A DNA stretch of 64,000 bases from positions 3,212-67,211 of the forward strand of contig CAMCQH010000004.1 of NCBI GenBank assembly GCA_945877035.1. The letters are read 5' to 3'. Shown here piece by piece: positions 29,049 to 39,228 of this stretch. Each line of letters starts with the position of its first letter. The stretch's first letter is position 1. The notes beneath the pieces were generated by a model. The model did no database searches. It was not told the origin of the DNA and saw only the letters and a program-made list of their open reading frames with translations. Both the position numbers and the translations under genes were made by a program. The DNA is from an uncultured Clostridium sp. GTDB taxonomy: Bacteria > Bacillota > Clostridia > TANB77 > CAG-508.

Positions 29049-29629
29049 ATTTTATAAACAGTTTCGTAGCAGTAATTCCAGCAATAGCAGCACATATAGT
29101 TGCAATCCACACAGGAACAATAATAGCTGTAGGATTTGAAGACCCTAAAGAATTTCTTATAGCAATAACAGTGGTAGGAATAATTTGTATTGAAGCAGTA
29201 TTTAATACTATAAAAGTTGCCATTTCATTTGTTAAAACTTTTTTATCTTCATTTTTCTCTTGCATTGACTTCATTGCCTTAATTCCGAAGTGGTGTAGCT
29301 GCATTTCCAAGGCCTAAAATATTAGCAACCATATTCATAGAAATTTCATTATACACATTACTATCTTTTTTTAAATTTGGAAACAACATCTTCATAATAG
29401 GACTTAAAATTTTAGTGATTTTTTGCATAGCAGATGTTTTTGCAGCAATTTGCATTATCCCATTCCATAAACACATTGTTCCAACTAAAGTTATACATAG
29501 GTTAACAGCTGTATTTGTACTTTCAAATATTGAATTATTCAATTCTTTAATATTTCCAGAAAAACAAGAAAAAATAATAGAAACTATTATAAACACTGGC
29601 CAAAGTATATTTAACATTAACATCACCAA
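29038..29629 (-). pseudogene. spmA: spore maturation protein A, interrupted by a single-base frameshift near 29290
   Basis: ORF 29279-29629 ends ...ANILGLGNAATPLRN*. ORF 29038-29310 continues in another frame with ...FGIKAMKSMQ.... Deleting one base at about 29290 (minus-strand ACA CCA [C] TTC GGA) gives the conserved ...GNAATPFGIKAM.... Confidence 0.7.
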
Positions 29630-29781
29630 TATAATTTTATTATTTATAGAAATTTTTATTACTTTTTATCTCATTTCAATTGACCAATTTTACTATTTGT
29701 GATATATTTATTGTGTATTTGACATATATTAATGAATATTAATTATAGGAATTGTAAAAAGTAACATTAAGGAGGATAAAC

Positions 29782-30042
29782 ATGAAAGCTACTGGAATTA
29801 TAAGAAGAGTTGATGAATTAGGAAGAGTTGTTATTCCAATAGAAATTAGGAATCAATTCAACATTGTCGAAAAAGATCCAATTGAAATCTATGTAGATGA
29901 TTCTTCAATAATCTTAAAAAAATATGAACCTAATTGTATTTTCTGTGGTAGTACAGAAAACTTAGTAGAATATAAAGATAAACTAATTTGTGAAAAATGT
30001 TCTAAAGAACTAAACAAATTGCATGAAAAATCAAAAAAATAA
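29782..30042 (+). CDS. abrB: AbrB/SpoVT-family transition-state regulator with C-terminal Cys4 extension
   Basis: MKATGIIRRVDELGRVVIPIEIRNQFNIVEKDPIEIYVDDSSIILKKYEP is a near-canonical AbrB N-domain. The C-terminal CIFCGS...CEKC is zinc-ribbon-like. Confidence 0.9.
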   Translation: MKATGIIRRVDELGRVVIPIEIRNQFNIVEKDPIEIYVDDSSIILKKYEPNCIFCGSTENLVEYKDKLICEKCSKELNKLHEKSKK

Positions 30043-30133
30043 AAAAGAAGCATTTTTATGTTTCTTTTTTATTTTTTATACAATTCATATCTAAGCAAAA
30101 CTTAAAGTCTGTACAAGATAATAGTTATTAATT

Positions 30134-30985
30134 TTATTTGCTGTGAATTGTAACGAATTTTTGATAAACCTCATTTTTATTAACATTTCTATCTTTAGCA
30201 ATTTTTTTAATTATATCTTTTTTGGTAAAACCTTGATTTTCATAAAATTTATAATGTTCTTCTATGCTTAAATTATTCAACTCATTTTCCTTAGAAATAT
30301 CACTATTCCCTTCTATAATTAAAACAATTTCTCCTTTTATATCTTTAATTTTTTCAATTAAATCATCTATATTTCCCCTAATAAATTCTTCATGAATTTT
30401 TGTAATTTCTCTTGCTAAAACAATTCTTCTATCTTGATTTAATGCTTGTTTTAAATCTTTTAAAGTAGTTTCCAACTTATGAGGAGCTTCATAAATAATT
30501 ATTGTTTTATTAGAGTTTTCTATTTCCTCTAATTTATTCTTTCTTAACTTTTTATTTAAAGGTAAAAATCCTAAAAAAGTAAATTCCTTTGTATCAATTC
30601 CTGAAGAAATTAAAGAATTAATCATTGCACATGCACCTGGAATTGGAACTACATTTATTTCTAATTCTATGCATTTTTTTATAATTTCTTCGCCAGGATC
30701 ACAAATTCCAGGAGTTCCAGCATCAGAAACTAATGCTATATTTTTACCTTCTTGTAATTTTTCTATTAAAACATCCGATTTTACATCTTCATTATGTCGA
30801 TGATAACTAATAAGCGGCTTTGATATTTCTAAATGATTTAATAATTTTAAAGTATGTCTTGTGTCTTCTGCTGCAATTAAATCCGCTTCTTTTAAAATTC
30901 TTATTGCTCTTAAAGTTATATCTTCTAAATTCCCTATTGGTGTTGCAACAATATATAATGTTCCATTTTTGATTTCTTTTTCCAA
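30134..30985 (-). CDS. rsmI: 16S rRNA (cytidine1402-2'-O)-methyltransferase
   Basis: GTLYIVATPIGNLEDITLRAIRILKEADLIAAEDTRHT and SDAGTPGICDPG motifs. abrB-rsmI synteny as in Bacillus. Confidence 0.9.
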   Translation of the reverse strand: MEKEIKNGTLYIVATPIGNLEDITLRAIRILKEADLIAAEDTRHTLKLLNHLEISKPLISYHRHNEDVKSDVLIEKLQEGKNIALVSDAGTPGICDPGEEIIKKCIELEINVVPIPGACAMINSLISSGIDTKEFTFLGFLPLNKKLRKNKLEEIENSNKTIIIYEAPHKLETTLKDLKQALNQDRRIVLAREITKIHEEFIRGNIDDLIEKIKDIKGEIVLIIEGNSDISKENELNNLSIEEHYKFYENQGFTKKDIIKKIAKDRNVNKNEVYQKFVTIHSK

Positions 30986-31002
30986 TTAATTTTCCTCCTT
31001 TC

Positions 31003-31076
31003 AGGGATTTAGGATTTGGGAACGGGTCAAAAATCCTATTTTTAAATAGGGATTTTTAACCCGTCCCTAAATCCCT
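31003..31076. repeat. Long GC-containing imperfect palindrome between rsmI and the methyltransferase gene
   Basis: agggatttagg...gggaacgggtcaaaaatcctattt pairs with aaatagggatttttaacccgtccctaaatccct. Confidence 0.75.
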
Positions 31077-31819
31077 TAAATTTTATTATAAATTTTCAAT
31101 ATTTCATCAGTATATGCCCCATCTTCTTTGTAAACATATAAGTTTTCTCTAAATTTCAAATATTCTCCCCCGTTTTTTACACCCTTAATTAAAACCATTT
31201 TAGGAGGATTTTTTTCATTTGAAAAAACTAATCTAACTTCTTTAGGTTCAATTTTATATTTCCTCATTAAAGAAAAAATATCAACCATTCTTTCTGGTCT
31301 ATGAACCATATAAAATTCGCCTTTATCTTTTAAAAGCTTACTAGAAACTCTAATAAAATCTTCTAAATTTGCAAGAAATTCATGTCTTGAAATCAGTTTC
31401 TTTTCATCATCATTTATAACTCCTGTATTTTGCTTTTTATATGGTGGATTTGTTACAATTACATCAAAAGAATTATTTTCAAAAATATTTTCTAAATTCA
31501 AAATATTTTCATTTATAACTTCAAATTTATTTTCTAAATTATTTAATTTTGCACTTCTGCAAGCCATATCATATACTTCTTTTTGAACTTCAACTCCAGT
31601 AATTTTCTTTAATTCTGTCTTTCCACATAACAAAATTGAAATAATGCCTGTCCCTGTTCCTAAGTCCAATATTTGTGAATCTTTTTTTATATTTTTTGCA
31701 AAGTCAGAAAGTAATACTGCGTCAATTCCAAAACAAAAACCTTCTTTATTTTGGATTATTTTTAAATCTTTAAATTCTAAATCATCTATTCTCTCATTTT
31801 CTTTTAATTTTACATCCAT
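31076..31819 (-). CDS. SAM-dependent methyltransferase, YabB/TrmN6-like (tRNA adenine-N6)
   Basis: SAM motif ILDLGTGTGIISILL, catalytic NPPY (VTNPPYKK), and synteny with rsmI. Confidence 0.75.
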   Translation of the reverse strand: MDVKLKENERIDDLEFKDLKIIQNKEGFCFGIDAVLLSDFAKNIKKDSQILDLGTGTGIISILLCGKTELKKITGVEVQKEVYDMACRSAKLNNLENKFEVINENILNLENIFENNSFDVIVTNPPYKKQNTGVINDDEKKLISRHEFLANLEDFIRVSSKLLKDKGEFYMVHRPERMVDIFSLMRKYKIEPKEVRLVFSNEKNPPKMVLIKGVKNGGEYLKFRENLYVYKEDGAYTDEILKIYNKI

Positions 31820-31900
31820 ATTTCTTCCCTTAAAATTAACAATTATTTTTTATTTGAATATTATATAATAATTTTATTTATTTTGCAAATGGAGGTCCTT

Positions 31901-32068
31901 ATGCCTAGTTTATATAAAACCCCACCACCTAAACCACCTAAAAGGAAAAAATTAAATTTTAAAACCTGTAAAAAAAACACCATAAATTCTTTGCATGAAG
32001 TTGAGCATTTTTTAAGAGATTTCAAACACTTTTCCAGATATCTAAAGTTATATAAAATATTAAAATAA
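31901..32068 (+). CDS. small Pro/Lys-rich protein (55 aa), possibly YqfQ-like
   Basis: ATG 31901 lies 5 nt after GGAGG. Translation is MPSLYKTPPPKPPKRKKLNFKTCKKNTINSLHEVEHFLRDFKHFSRYLKLYKILK. The family assignment is tentative. Confidence 0.45.
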   Translation: MPSLYKTPPPKPPKRKKLNFKTCKKNTINSLHEVEHFLRDFKHFSRYLKLYKILK

Positions 32069-32108
32069 TGTCCCAAAAAGAACCGTCCCCAATGGGACAT
32101 TATTTTCT
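32068..32108. repeat. GC-rich palindromic element (same family) between convergent gene ends
   Basis: aatgtcccaaaaagaaccgtccccaatgggacattattttc overlaps both stop codons. Confidence 0.8.
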
Positions 32109-32639
32109 CACATACTCGTCTTTAAAATCTTCATTAGTCTGACCATTAATTAAAATTTTAACTTTATTAACCTCATTTAATTCAGTAACAGTATTAACAA
32201 TTGAATTAATTAAATTATCTTTTCCTTTACTATCTTCCTTATTATAGTTTAATAATTCACTTGAAAAATCTAAAGTTAAACACTCTCCTTCTAAAGAAGA
32301 ATTCAATAATTTAGTATTCTCTGGAATGATACCTTTTAATTTATCATTTTTAGGTCCATTAATTAACAATTCAACCAAAACATTATATGGTGATTGCATA
32401 AGCTCTTTTACATTTACTAGTCTTGCTTCTGGTTTTAGCATATTTGTCTCTTTATCTGGAAAATATAAACTAACTATAGTTTCTCTTAATTGCTCATCAG
32501 AAATCTCTTGTTCTGGAACATACTCATTTTTTAATTCATTTTCTTTCTTATTTTTTACAAATTTGATTGAAAAAAATCCAACCACAAAAATAATAATTAA
32601 TAAAATTGCAAATAATAAAATAATTTTTTTATTTTTCAT
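32100..32639 (-). CDS. GerMN-domain (germination protein M-like) lipoprotein/membrane protein
   Basis: ATG 32639 follows GGGAGG. A TM/signal segment is followed by ETIVSLYFPDKETNMLKPEARLV...LVELLINGP, a GerM-type pattern. Confidence 0.7.
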   Translation of the reverse strand: MKNKKIILLFAILLIIIFVVGFFSIKFVKNKKENELKNEYVPEQEISDEQLRETIVSLYFPDKETNMLKPEARLVNVKELMQSPYNVLVELLINGPKNDKLKGIIPENTKLLNSSLEGECLTLDFSSELLNYNKEDSKGKDNLINSIVNTVTELNEVNKVKILINGQTNEDFKDEYVRK

Positions 32640-33047
32640 AACTTCCTCCCTTTTCAAAACTTATTTCTAAATGATAATATATATTATCATTTTAGTTTTA
32701 AGTTTAAAATATTTATATTCAATTCTATTATTTGTTTGTCCTATTTATTCCATTATTTTTAAAATAAATATTTACTATATAGTTGGCTCCCACAAAGGAA
32801 AAAGACTAGGTATGCTTAGCTGGCTCCTAGTCTTTTTTACATTTTTCAAATTTGAGAATTTCTTATCGACGTCTTGAGTATATTATAACTCATATTTTAT
32901 TATATGTCAAATAAAATTTTTTATTAACACTTCCAGTATTTAACATTTGACAAATAGGCTTTTTCCGTATAAAATTAGGGATATAAAGGGGATTAATTAT
33001 CTTGGTCAAAAAAGGGCGTCCCTATTGACCCAAAGGAGTAATGTAAA

Positions 33048-36000
33048 ATGAATAAAACCTTACATGTTGGATTAGACGTTGGTTCAACAACCGTAAAAAT
33101 AATAGTTATGGATGAGAACCAAAACACAATATATAAAGACTACCAAAGACACTTTTCTGATACAAAAAATACTGTATGTAATGTATTAGAAAATCTAGCA
33201 AAAATGTTTCCAGAAAACGAATTTACAATAGCCCTTACAGGTTCAGGTGCAATGTCTGCAAGTAAATTCTTAGGAGTAGAATTTATACAAGAAGTTGTAT
33301 CTTGCAAAAGAGCTGTTGAAAAATACATTCCACAAACAGATGTAGTAATTGAACTTGGTGGAGAAGATGCAAAAATAATTTATTTTGATAAATCAATTGA
33401 ACAAAGAATGAATGGTACTTGTGCCGGTGGAACAGGTGCATTTTTAGACCAAATGGCATCACTTTTACACACAGACACAGCTGGTCTTAATGAACTTGCT
33501 AAAAATTATCAAACAATATACCCAATAGCTTCAAGATGTGGTGTTTTTGCAAAAACTGATATACAACCATTAATAAATGAAGGTGCTGCAAAAGAAGATA
33601 TCGCCGCATCAATTTTTCAAGCTGTTGTTAATCAAACAATTAGTGGATTGGCTTGTGGTAGACCAATTAGAGGAAATGTAGCATTTTTGGGAGGCCCTTT
33701 AAGTTACCTTTCTGAATTAAGAACAAGATTTATAGAAACTTTAAATTTAAAACCTGAAGAAATAATAGTGCCTGAAGAAGCACATCTTTTAGTAGCAAAA
33801 GGTGCAGCTCTTGATTCCCTAAATACAAAACCAATAACAGTAGAAGAATTAAACCAAAAAATAGAAAATTTAAAAAATTCACATGATAATTCTAGCACTC
33901 CAATTGAGCCTTTATTTAAAAATGAACAAGAATATATAGAATTCAAAGAAAGACATGAAAAAACAAAAGTAACGAGAAACGATATTTCTACATATGAAGG
34001 TGATTGTTATTTAGGAATTGATGCAGGTTCAACAACTACAAAATTAGTTTTAATAGATAAAGAAGGCAATTTATTATATTCTTTATATGGAAGCAATGAA
34101 GGTAATCCACTAAAAAGCGTTATGAATATGCTTAAAAAGCTATATGAAATTATGCCAGAAAAAGCAGTTTTAAGATATAGTGGTGTTACAGGATATGGAG
34201 AAAAATTAATCCAAACAGCACTAAATGTTGATTTAAATGAAATAGAAACAATTGCACATTATACAGCAGCAAAGCAATTTGAACCAGATGTTACAGCAAT
34301 TATAGACATCGGTGGTCAAGATATGAAATATATCAAAATGAAAAATGGAGCAATTGATAATATCATGTTAAATGAAGCTTGTTCTTCAGGATGTGGTTCT
34401 TTTATTGAAACATTTGCAAAAAGCTTAAACTTAGAAATATCTGAATTCGTAAAAGAAGCAATAAATGCAAAAAGACCTGTTGATTTAGGCTCAAGATGTA
34501 CAGTATTTATGAACTCAAAAATTAAACAAGCTCAAAAAGAAGGATATACAGTTGGTGATATTTCAAGTGGACTTTCATATTCAGTAATAAAAAATGCCAT
34601 ACAAAAAGTTATGAAAGTTAGGGATACAGCTACTTTAGGAGACCACATAGTAGTACAAGGTGGAACATTTTATAATGATGCAGTTTTAAGAGCTTTTGAA
34701 AAAATAGTTGGTAAAAACGTAGTACGCCCAGATATTGCAGGATTAATGGGTGCTTATGGAATGGCATTACTTTCAAAAGAACAATATGAAGCAAATCTTG
34801 ATATGGAATATACTTCAACAATTTTAAAATCAGATGAAATAGATAAATTAGAAATAAAAGTAACACATACAAGATGTAACAACTGTGAAAATCATTGTAA
34901 ATTAACAATAAATAAATTTAGCAATGGAGCAATACATGTATCTGGAAACCGTTGTGAAAAAGGTGCAGGTGTTGTAGCTCCTAAAAAGAACTTACCAAAC
35001 TTGGTACAATACAAATATCAAAGAATATTTGACTATAAACCATTAGAAGAACAATATGCTATAAGAGGAACAATCGGAATTCCAAGAGTTTTAAATATGT
35101 ATGAAGATTATCCATTTTGGTTTACATTCTTTACAAATTTAGGCTTTAGAGTAATCATCTCAGACAAAAGTACTAGAAAAACATATGAAAAAGGAATGGA
35201 ATCAATGCCATCTGAATCAGTTTGCTATCCAGCAAAATTATCTCATGGACACATTGAAAACCTAATTGAAAAAGGGATTACAACAATATTCTATCCTTGT
35301 ATGCCATATTCAAGAAAAGAATATGAAAAAGCTGATAACCATTATAATTGCCCAATAGTAATTTCATATTCAGAAGTTCTAAAAAATAACGTTGAAAATT
35401 TAAAAGCAAAAAACATTAAATTTATGAATCCATTTCTACCTTTTGACACAAAAAATCTTGTTAAAAAAGTTATGGAATTAGATGAATTTAAAGAGTACAA
35501 TTTCACAAAACAAGAATTAACAGAAGCAGCAATAAAAGCAGAAGAAGAATATCAAAAATGCAAAAAAGATATTAAAGATAAAGGAACAGAAACAGTAAGA
35601 TATATTGAAGAAAATAATTTAAGAGGAATTGTTTTAGCTGGAAGACCATATCATATAGACCCAGAAATAAATCATGGTATAGATACATTAATAACATCAC
35701 TTGGATTATGTGTTTTAACAGAAGATAGTGTTTCAGATAAAACTGAAGCAAAACGCCCAATAAGAGTTGTTGACCAATGGGTATTCCACGCAAGATTATA
35801 TGCAGCAGCTGATTTTGTTGGAAAACACGATAATCTAGAATTGATACAATTAAATTCATTTGGATGTGGTGTTGATGCAGTAACAACAGACCAAGTTGAA
35901 GAAATATTATCAAGCTATGACAAAATGTACACTTTAATAAAAATCGATGAAGTAAACAATTTAGGAGCTGTAAGAATTCGTATTCGTTCACTTTTAGCAA

Positions 36001-37370
36001 GTATGAATAAAAGAATTGCTAAAAAAGAAGAAGAAAAAGCTTCTGGAGACTACGGAATCAAGAAAAAAATCTTCACAAAAGAAATGCGAAAGGATTACAC
36101 AATTTTATGTCCACAAATGGCTCCAATTCACTTTGAATTACTAGAATCTGCTGTGCAAGCATCTGGATATAAACTTGAATTATTAAGAGAATGTACACAA
36201 CATACAGTTGAAACAGGATTAAAATATGTAAATAATGACGCATGTTATCCATCAATATTAGTTACAGGACAAATGATTGAAGCATTAGAATCTGGAAAAT
36301 ACGATTTAAATAAAACAGCTTTAATAATGTCACAAACAGGTGGTGGATGTAGAGCTACAAACTACATAGGGTTTATAAGAAAAGCACTTAAAGACGCAGG
36401 ATTTAGCAATATACCAGTAATTTCATTTAATGTTGTAGGTATGGAAAAAATGCCTGGATTTAAAATAACACCAAAATTGATTGAAGGATTAATCAAATGT
36501 GTAATATATGCAGACTTATTACAAAAAATGCTAACTAAAAATAGAGCATATGAAGTAAAAAAAGGTGAAACTCAAAAATTATATGATGAATGGATGGAAA
36601 AATGCAAAAAATTCGTTAGAAATTCTACAAGTAAAGAGTTTAAACAAAGTATTTATGACATAGTAAATGACTTTGAAAAAATAGAATTAGACACAACTGT
36701 TAAAAAACCGAAAGTTGGAATAGTTGGAGAAGTTCTAATTAAATATCATCCATTTGGAAACAACTTTGTTGCAGACATGCTTGAGAAAGAAGGTGCAGAA
36801 GTAATATTACCTGATTTTATGGGATTTATTAAATTTATGGCAACACATAAAATTACATTTAATAATTTATTAAATACAAATAAAACTTCAAGTAAAATAA
36901 GTAAAATAGCAATTAAATTAATAGATATTCTAGAAAAAGATGTTAAATTAGCTTTAGCAAGTTCTAAAAAAGGATATTTACAACCATGTGATATTTGGCA
37001 CTTAGAAGATAAAGTTAAAGATGTTTTATCTATTGGAAATCAAACTGGTGAAGGTTGGTTCTTAACAGCTGAAATGATTGAATATATGGAAAATGATATT
37101 CCAAATATTATATGTGTTCAACCTTTTGCATGTTTACCAAACCATGTTGTTGGTAAAGGTGTTATTAAAACAATTAGACAAAAATATCCTGAAGCAAATA
37201 TTTCTCCTGTTGATTATGATCCAGGTGCTAGTGAAACAAATCAGGCTAATAGAATTAAATTGTTGATGACTGTTGCTAAGGATAATTTGAAAAGGCAAGA
37301 AAATGAGAAAAAGGCTTTGAATAATGAAAATATTGAAAGTGCTGAAAAACAAGAAAAGGAAACGGTATAA
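33048..37370 (+). CDS. BadF/BcrA/HgdC-type activase ATPase domains (x2) fused to 2-hydroxyacyl-CoA dehydratase-like domains (1440 aa)
   Basis: Two acetate/sugar-kinase-fold ATPase starts (LHVGLDVGSTTVKIIV and YLGIDAGSTTTKLVL), each with a cluster Cys region (ASRCGVFA and NEACSSGCG). The large C-terminal part has the size and pattern of clostridial activase-related proteins. Confidence 0.8.
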   Translation: MNKTLHVGLDVGSTTVKIIVMDENQNTIYKDYQRHFSDTKNTVCNVLENLAKMFPENEFTIALTGSGAMSASKFLGVEFIQEVVSCKRAVEKYIPQTDVVIELGGEDAKIIYFDKSIEQRMNGTCAGGTGAFLDQMASLLHTDTAGLNELAKNYQTIYPIASRCGVFAKTDIQPLINEGAAKEDIAASIFQAVVNQTISGLACGRPIRGNVAFLGGPLSYLSELRTRFIETLNLKPEEIIVPEEAHLLVAKGAALDSLNTKPITVEELNQKIENLKNSHDNSSTPIEPLFKNEQEYIEFKERHEKTKVTRNDISTYEGDCYLGIDAGSTTTKLVLIDKEGNLLYSLYGSNEGNPLKSVMNMLKKLYEIMPEKAVLRYSGVTGYGEKLIQTALNVDLNEIETIAHYTAAKQFEPDVTAIIDIGGQDMKYIKMKNGAIDNIMLNEACSSGCGSFIETFAKSLNLEISEFVKEAINAKRPVDLGSRCTVFMNSKIKQAQKEGYTVGDISSGLSYSVIKNAIQKVMKVRDTATLGDHIVVQGGTFYNDAVLRAFEKIVGKNVVRPDIAGLMGAYGMALLSKEQYEANLDMEYTSTILKSDEIDKLEIKVTHTRCNNCENHCKLTINKFSNGAIHVSGNRCEKGAGVVAPKKNLPNLVQYKYQRIFDYKPLEEQYAIRGTIGIPRVLNMYEDYPFWFTFFTNLGFRVIISDKSTRKTYEKGMESMPSESVCYPAKLSHGHIENLIEKGITTIFYPCMPYSRKEYEKADNHYNCPIVISYSEVLKNNVENLKAKNIKFMNPFLPFDTKNLVKKVMELDEFKEYNFTKQELTEAAIKAEEEYQKCKKDIKDKGTETVRYIEENNLRGIVLAGRPYHIDPEINHGIDTLITSLGLCVLTEDSVSDKTEAKRPIRVVDQWVFHARLYAAADFVGKHDNLELIQLNSFGCGVDAVTTDQVEEILSSYDKMYTLIKIDEVNNLGAVRIRIRSLLASMNKRIAKKEEEKASGDYGIKKKIFTKEMRKDYTILCPQMAPIHFELLESAVQASGYKLELLRECTQHTVETGLKYVNNDACYPSILVTGQMIEALESGKYDLNKTALIMSQTGGGCRATNYIGFIRKALKDAGFSNIPVISFNVVGMEKMPGFKITPKLIEGLIKCVIYADLLQKMLTKNRAYEVKKGETQKLYDEWMEKCKKFVRNSTSKEFKQSIYDIVNDFEKIELDTTVKKPKVGIVGEVLIKYHPFGNNFVADMLEKEGAEVILPDFMGFIKFMATHKITFNNLLNTNKTSSKISKIAIKLIDILEKDVKLALASSKKGYLQPCDIWHLEDKVKDVLSIGNQTGEGWFLTAEMIEYMENDIPNIICVQPFACLPNHVVGKGVIKTIRQKYPEANISPVDYDPGASETNQANRIKLLMTVAKDNLKRQENEKKALNNENIESAEKQEKETV

Positions 37371-37453
37371 AAAAGAGCAGATTTTCTGTTCTTTTTTTAC
37401 TATACTTCCATTCCATTCAAAAATTAATTCTGTGAAATTACACAAAATTAACT

Positions 37454-38176
37454 TTATATTAATAAAGCATATTTTCCATTCTTTATTTTTTCTAAAATAC
37501 TTAAATTTATAAATTCCTTAAAACTTTTATTTATTTCACATAAAGACATATCTAATCCTTCAGCAATTTCTTTTTGAGTCATAATAATCATTTTTTCTTC
37601 ATTTGAAGCATTAATTAAATATATTATAATTTTGTATTGAATTTTACTTAATTTTAATAAAATTTCAATAAATGATTTTTTATCTATTAATAATAACTCT
37701 CTTTTTTCATCAATCACTTTTAATTTTTGAAAAGTTGAATAAGAATATTTATGAGCGACTTTATTAATCTTTCTTGAAATCCATTTTATATTAAAACTAC
37801 ATTTATTTCTTGATAATTTTTTAGAAACTTTTTCATAATTTTTCTTCATAATTACAGACAATTCTAAATTTTTAGTAAAAACTTTATTTTTATTATTTTT
37901 ACTTATAAAAAATTCTCTTGCCATCACGCAATCAGTCTTTATACAAAATTTTTGTAATTTATTTTTATCTAAAAAGCAACTTAAAATCACATTAATTGCC
38001 TGATATATTGCAAATATTTCACATTCTAATGAATTTTCTAATTTCATTCTACACTTTTTTGATATAACTTTTATTGTTTTATTTTCTTGCATTATTACAA
38101 TAGCATATGTACCCAATTTAGTACTATCATCAAAACTTGCATCTGTATAAATATTATATTTGCTTTCTTGCTCCAT
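37454..38176 (-). CDS. RNase H-like (RVT_3-type) domain fused to a C-terminal winged-helix/HTH domain
   Basis: N-terminal IYTDASFDD, ECEIFAIYQAI, IKTDCV and IKWISRKINKVAHKYS follow the D-E-D-(D to H) spacing of type-1 RNase H. C-terminal MTQKEIAEGLDMSLCEINKSFKEFINLSILEKIKNGKYALL looks like a wHTH. Confidence 0.55.
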   Translation of the reverse strand: MEQESKYNIYTDASFDDSTKLGTYAIVIMQENKTIKVISKKCRMKLENSLECEIFAIYQAINVILSCFLDKNKLQKFCIKTDCVMAREFFISKNNKNKVFTKNLELSVIMKKNYEKVSKKLSRNKCSFNIKWISRKINKVAHKYSYSTFQKLKVIDEKRELLLIDKKSFIEILLKLSKIQYKIIIYLINASNEEKMIIMTQKEIAEGLDMSLCEINKSFKEFINLSILEKIKNGKYALLI

Positions 38177-38280
38177 AACAAATCACTTCCATTTTATCAA
38201 AATATTATAAAATTATTTTTTGATTTTTATTAATTTCATATTTTAGAAGGCAAATATATTATATAATAAATATTTACTTA

Positions 38281-39147
38281 TTACAATATTCTTTGGTTAT
38301 TTTCCTTTAAAAATTTTTTAGTTTCATTATATCCTAACTCATAAAATTCATCTATTTTCCCCATATCCAAAAGAGAAACTTTTTTACTTTTAATCTTTAT
38401 AAAATAATCCATTCCATCTAACTCATATTTAGAAAGTTCTTTACACATCAGCTCATAAGAACGAAAAGCCACATCAATTAAATTATTACAACACCTTTTA
38501 TCTACTTCATTTTGAAAAACAACACTTATAACCTTATCAGCACCTAAAAATTTAACCTCTCTCCAAGGCACATTTTCCCTAACACCTCCATCAATTAATT
38601 TATCACCTTTATAATCACATGGTGAAAAAACTGTAGGAAAACTACAACTTGCCTGAACAGCATTTCCAATTTCTGCATCATTAACAAAAACCGTATTATC
38701 AGAAAAAGCTCTTATTTTAGATGATGTAAAACACATAACCTCACCTGTGCACATATTAACACTAGGGATAACTAATGGCATTTTAATATCATAAATATTA
38801 TAAATATTTTTTTCTTTACACATTTTATTTATTAATTTACTTATTGATTTTCCAGAATTCAAACCATCAATTATTATTGTTCCTGTTGTAATTAATCCAA
38901 AAAATAATTTAAAAATATTTTTTATATCAACATATTTTATCTTTTTACAATATTTTTTAAATATATCATATATTTCATCTGGTTTGTAACCTGCTGCATA
39001 TAATGTTGCTACAATACTTCCTGATGAAGTCCCTCCTATATAATCAATTTTTATATTTTCTTCCTCTAATGCTTTTAAAACTCCTATATGCGCTGCACCT
39101 TTTACTCCTCCTCCTGATAAAGCTAGACCTAAACTCATATTAATCAC
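38281..39147 (-). CDS. patatin-like phospholipase (YlbK-like)
   Basis: GLALSGGGVKGAAHIGVLKAL (oxyanion GGxxG), GTSSGS (GxSxG nucleophile) and DGGVREN (catalytic DG). Confidence 0.85.
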   Translation of the reverse strand: MINMSLGLALSGGGVKGAAHIGVLKALEEENIKIDYIGGTSSGSIVATLYAAGYKPDEIYDIFKKYCKKIKYVDIKNIFKLFFGLITTGTIIIDGLNSGKSISKLINKMCKEKNIYNIYDIKMPLVIPSVNMCTGEVMCFTSSKIRAFSDNTVFVNDAEIGNAVQASCSFPTVFSPCDYKGDKLIDGGVRENVPWREVKFLGADKVISVVFQNEVDKRCCNNLIDVAFRSYELMCKELSKYELDGMDYFIKIKSKKVSLLDMGKIDEFYELGYNETKKFLKENNQRIL

Positions 39148-39228
39148 CTATTTTATAATATGAATTTTAATTTTTAAATGATAAAAGTAATTATTCATAT
39201 TTGTTTAAAAATATGAATAATTACCTTT

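Noticed and set aside
30141-30152. 12-mer ctgtgaattgta shared between the end of the 77-bp repeat and the 3' end of the rsmI coding region.
   Set aside because: It is a single short match inside a CDS with no flanking similarity, so it is most likely coincidence.
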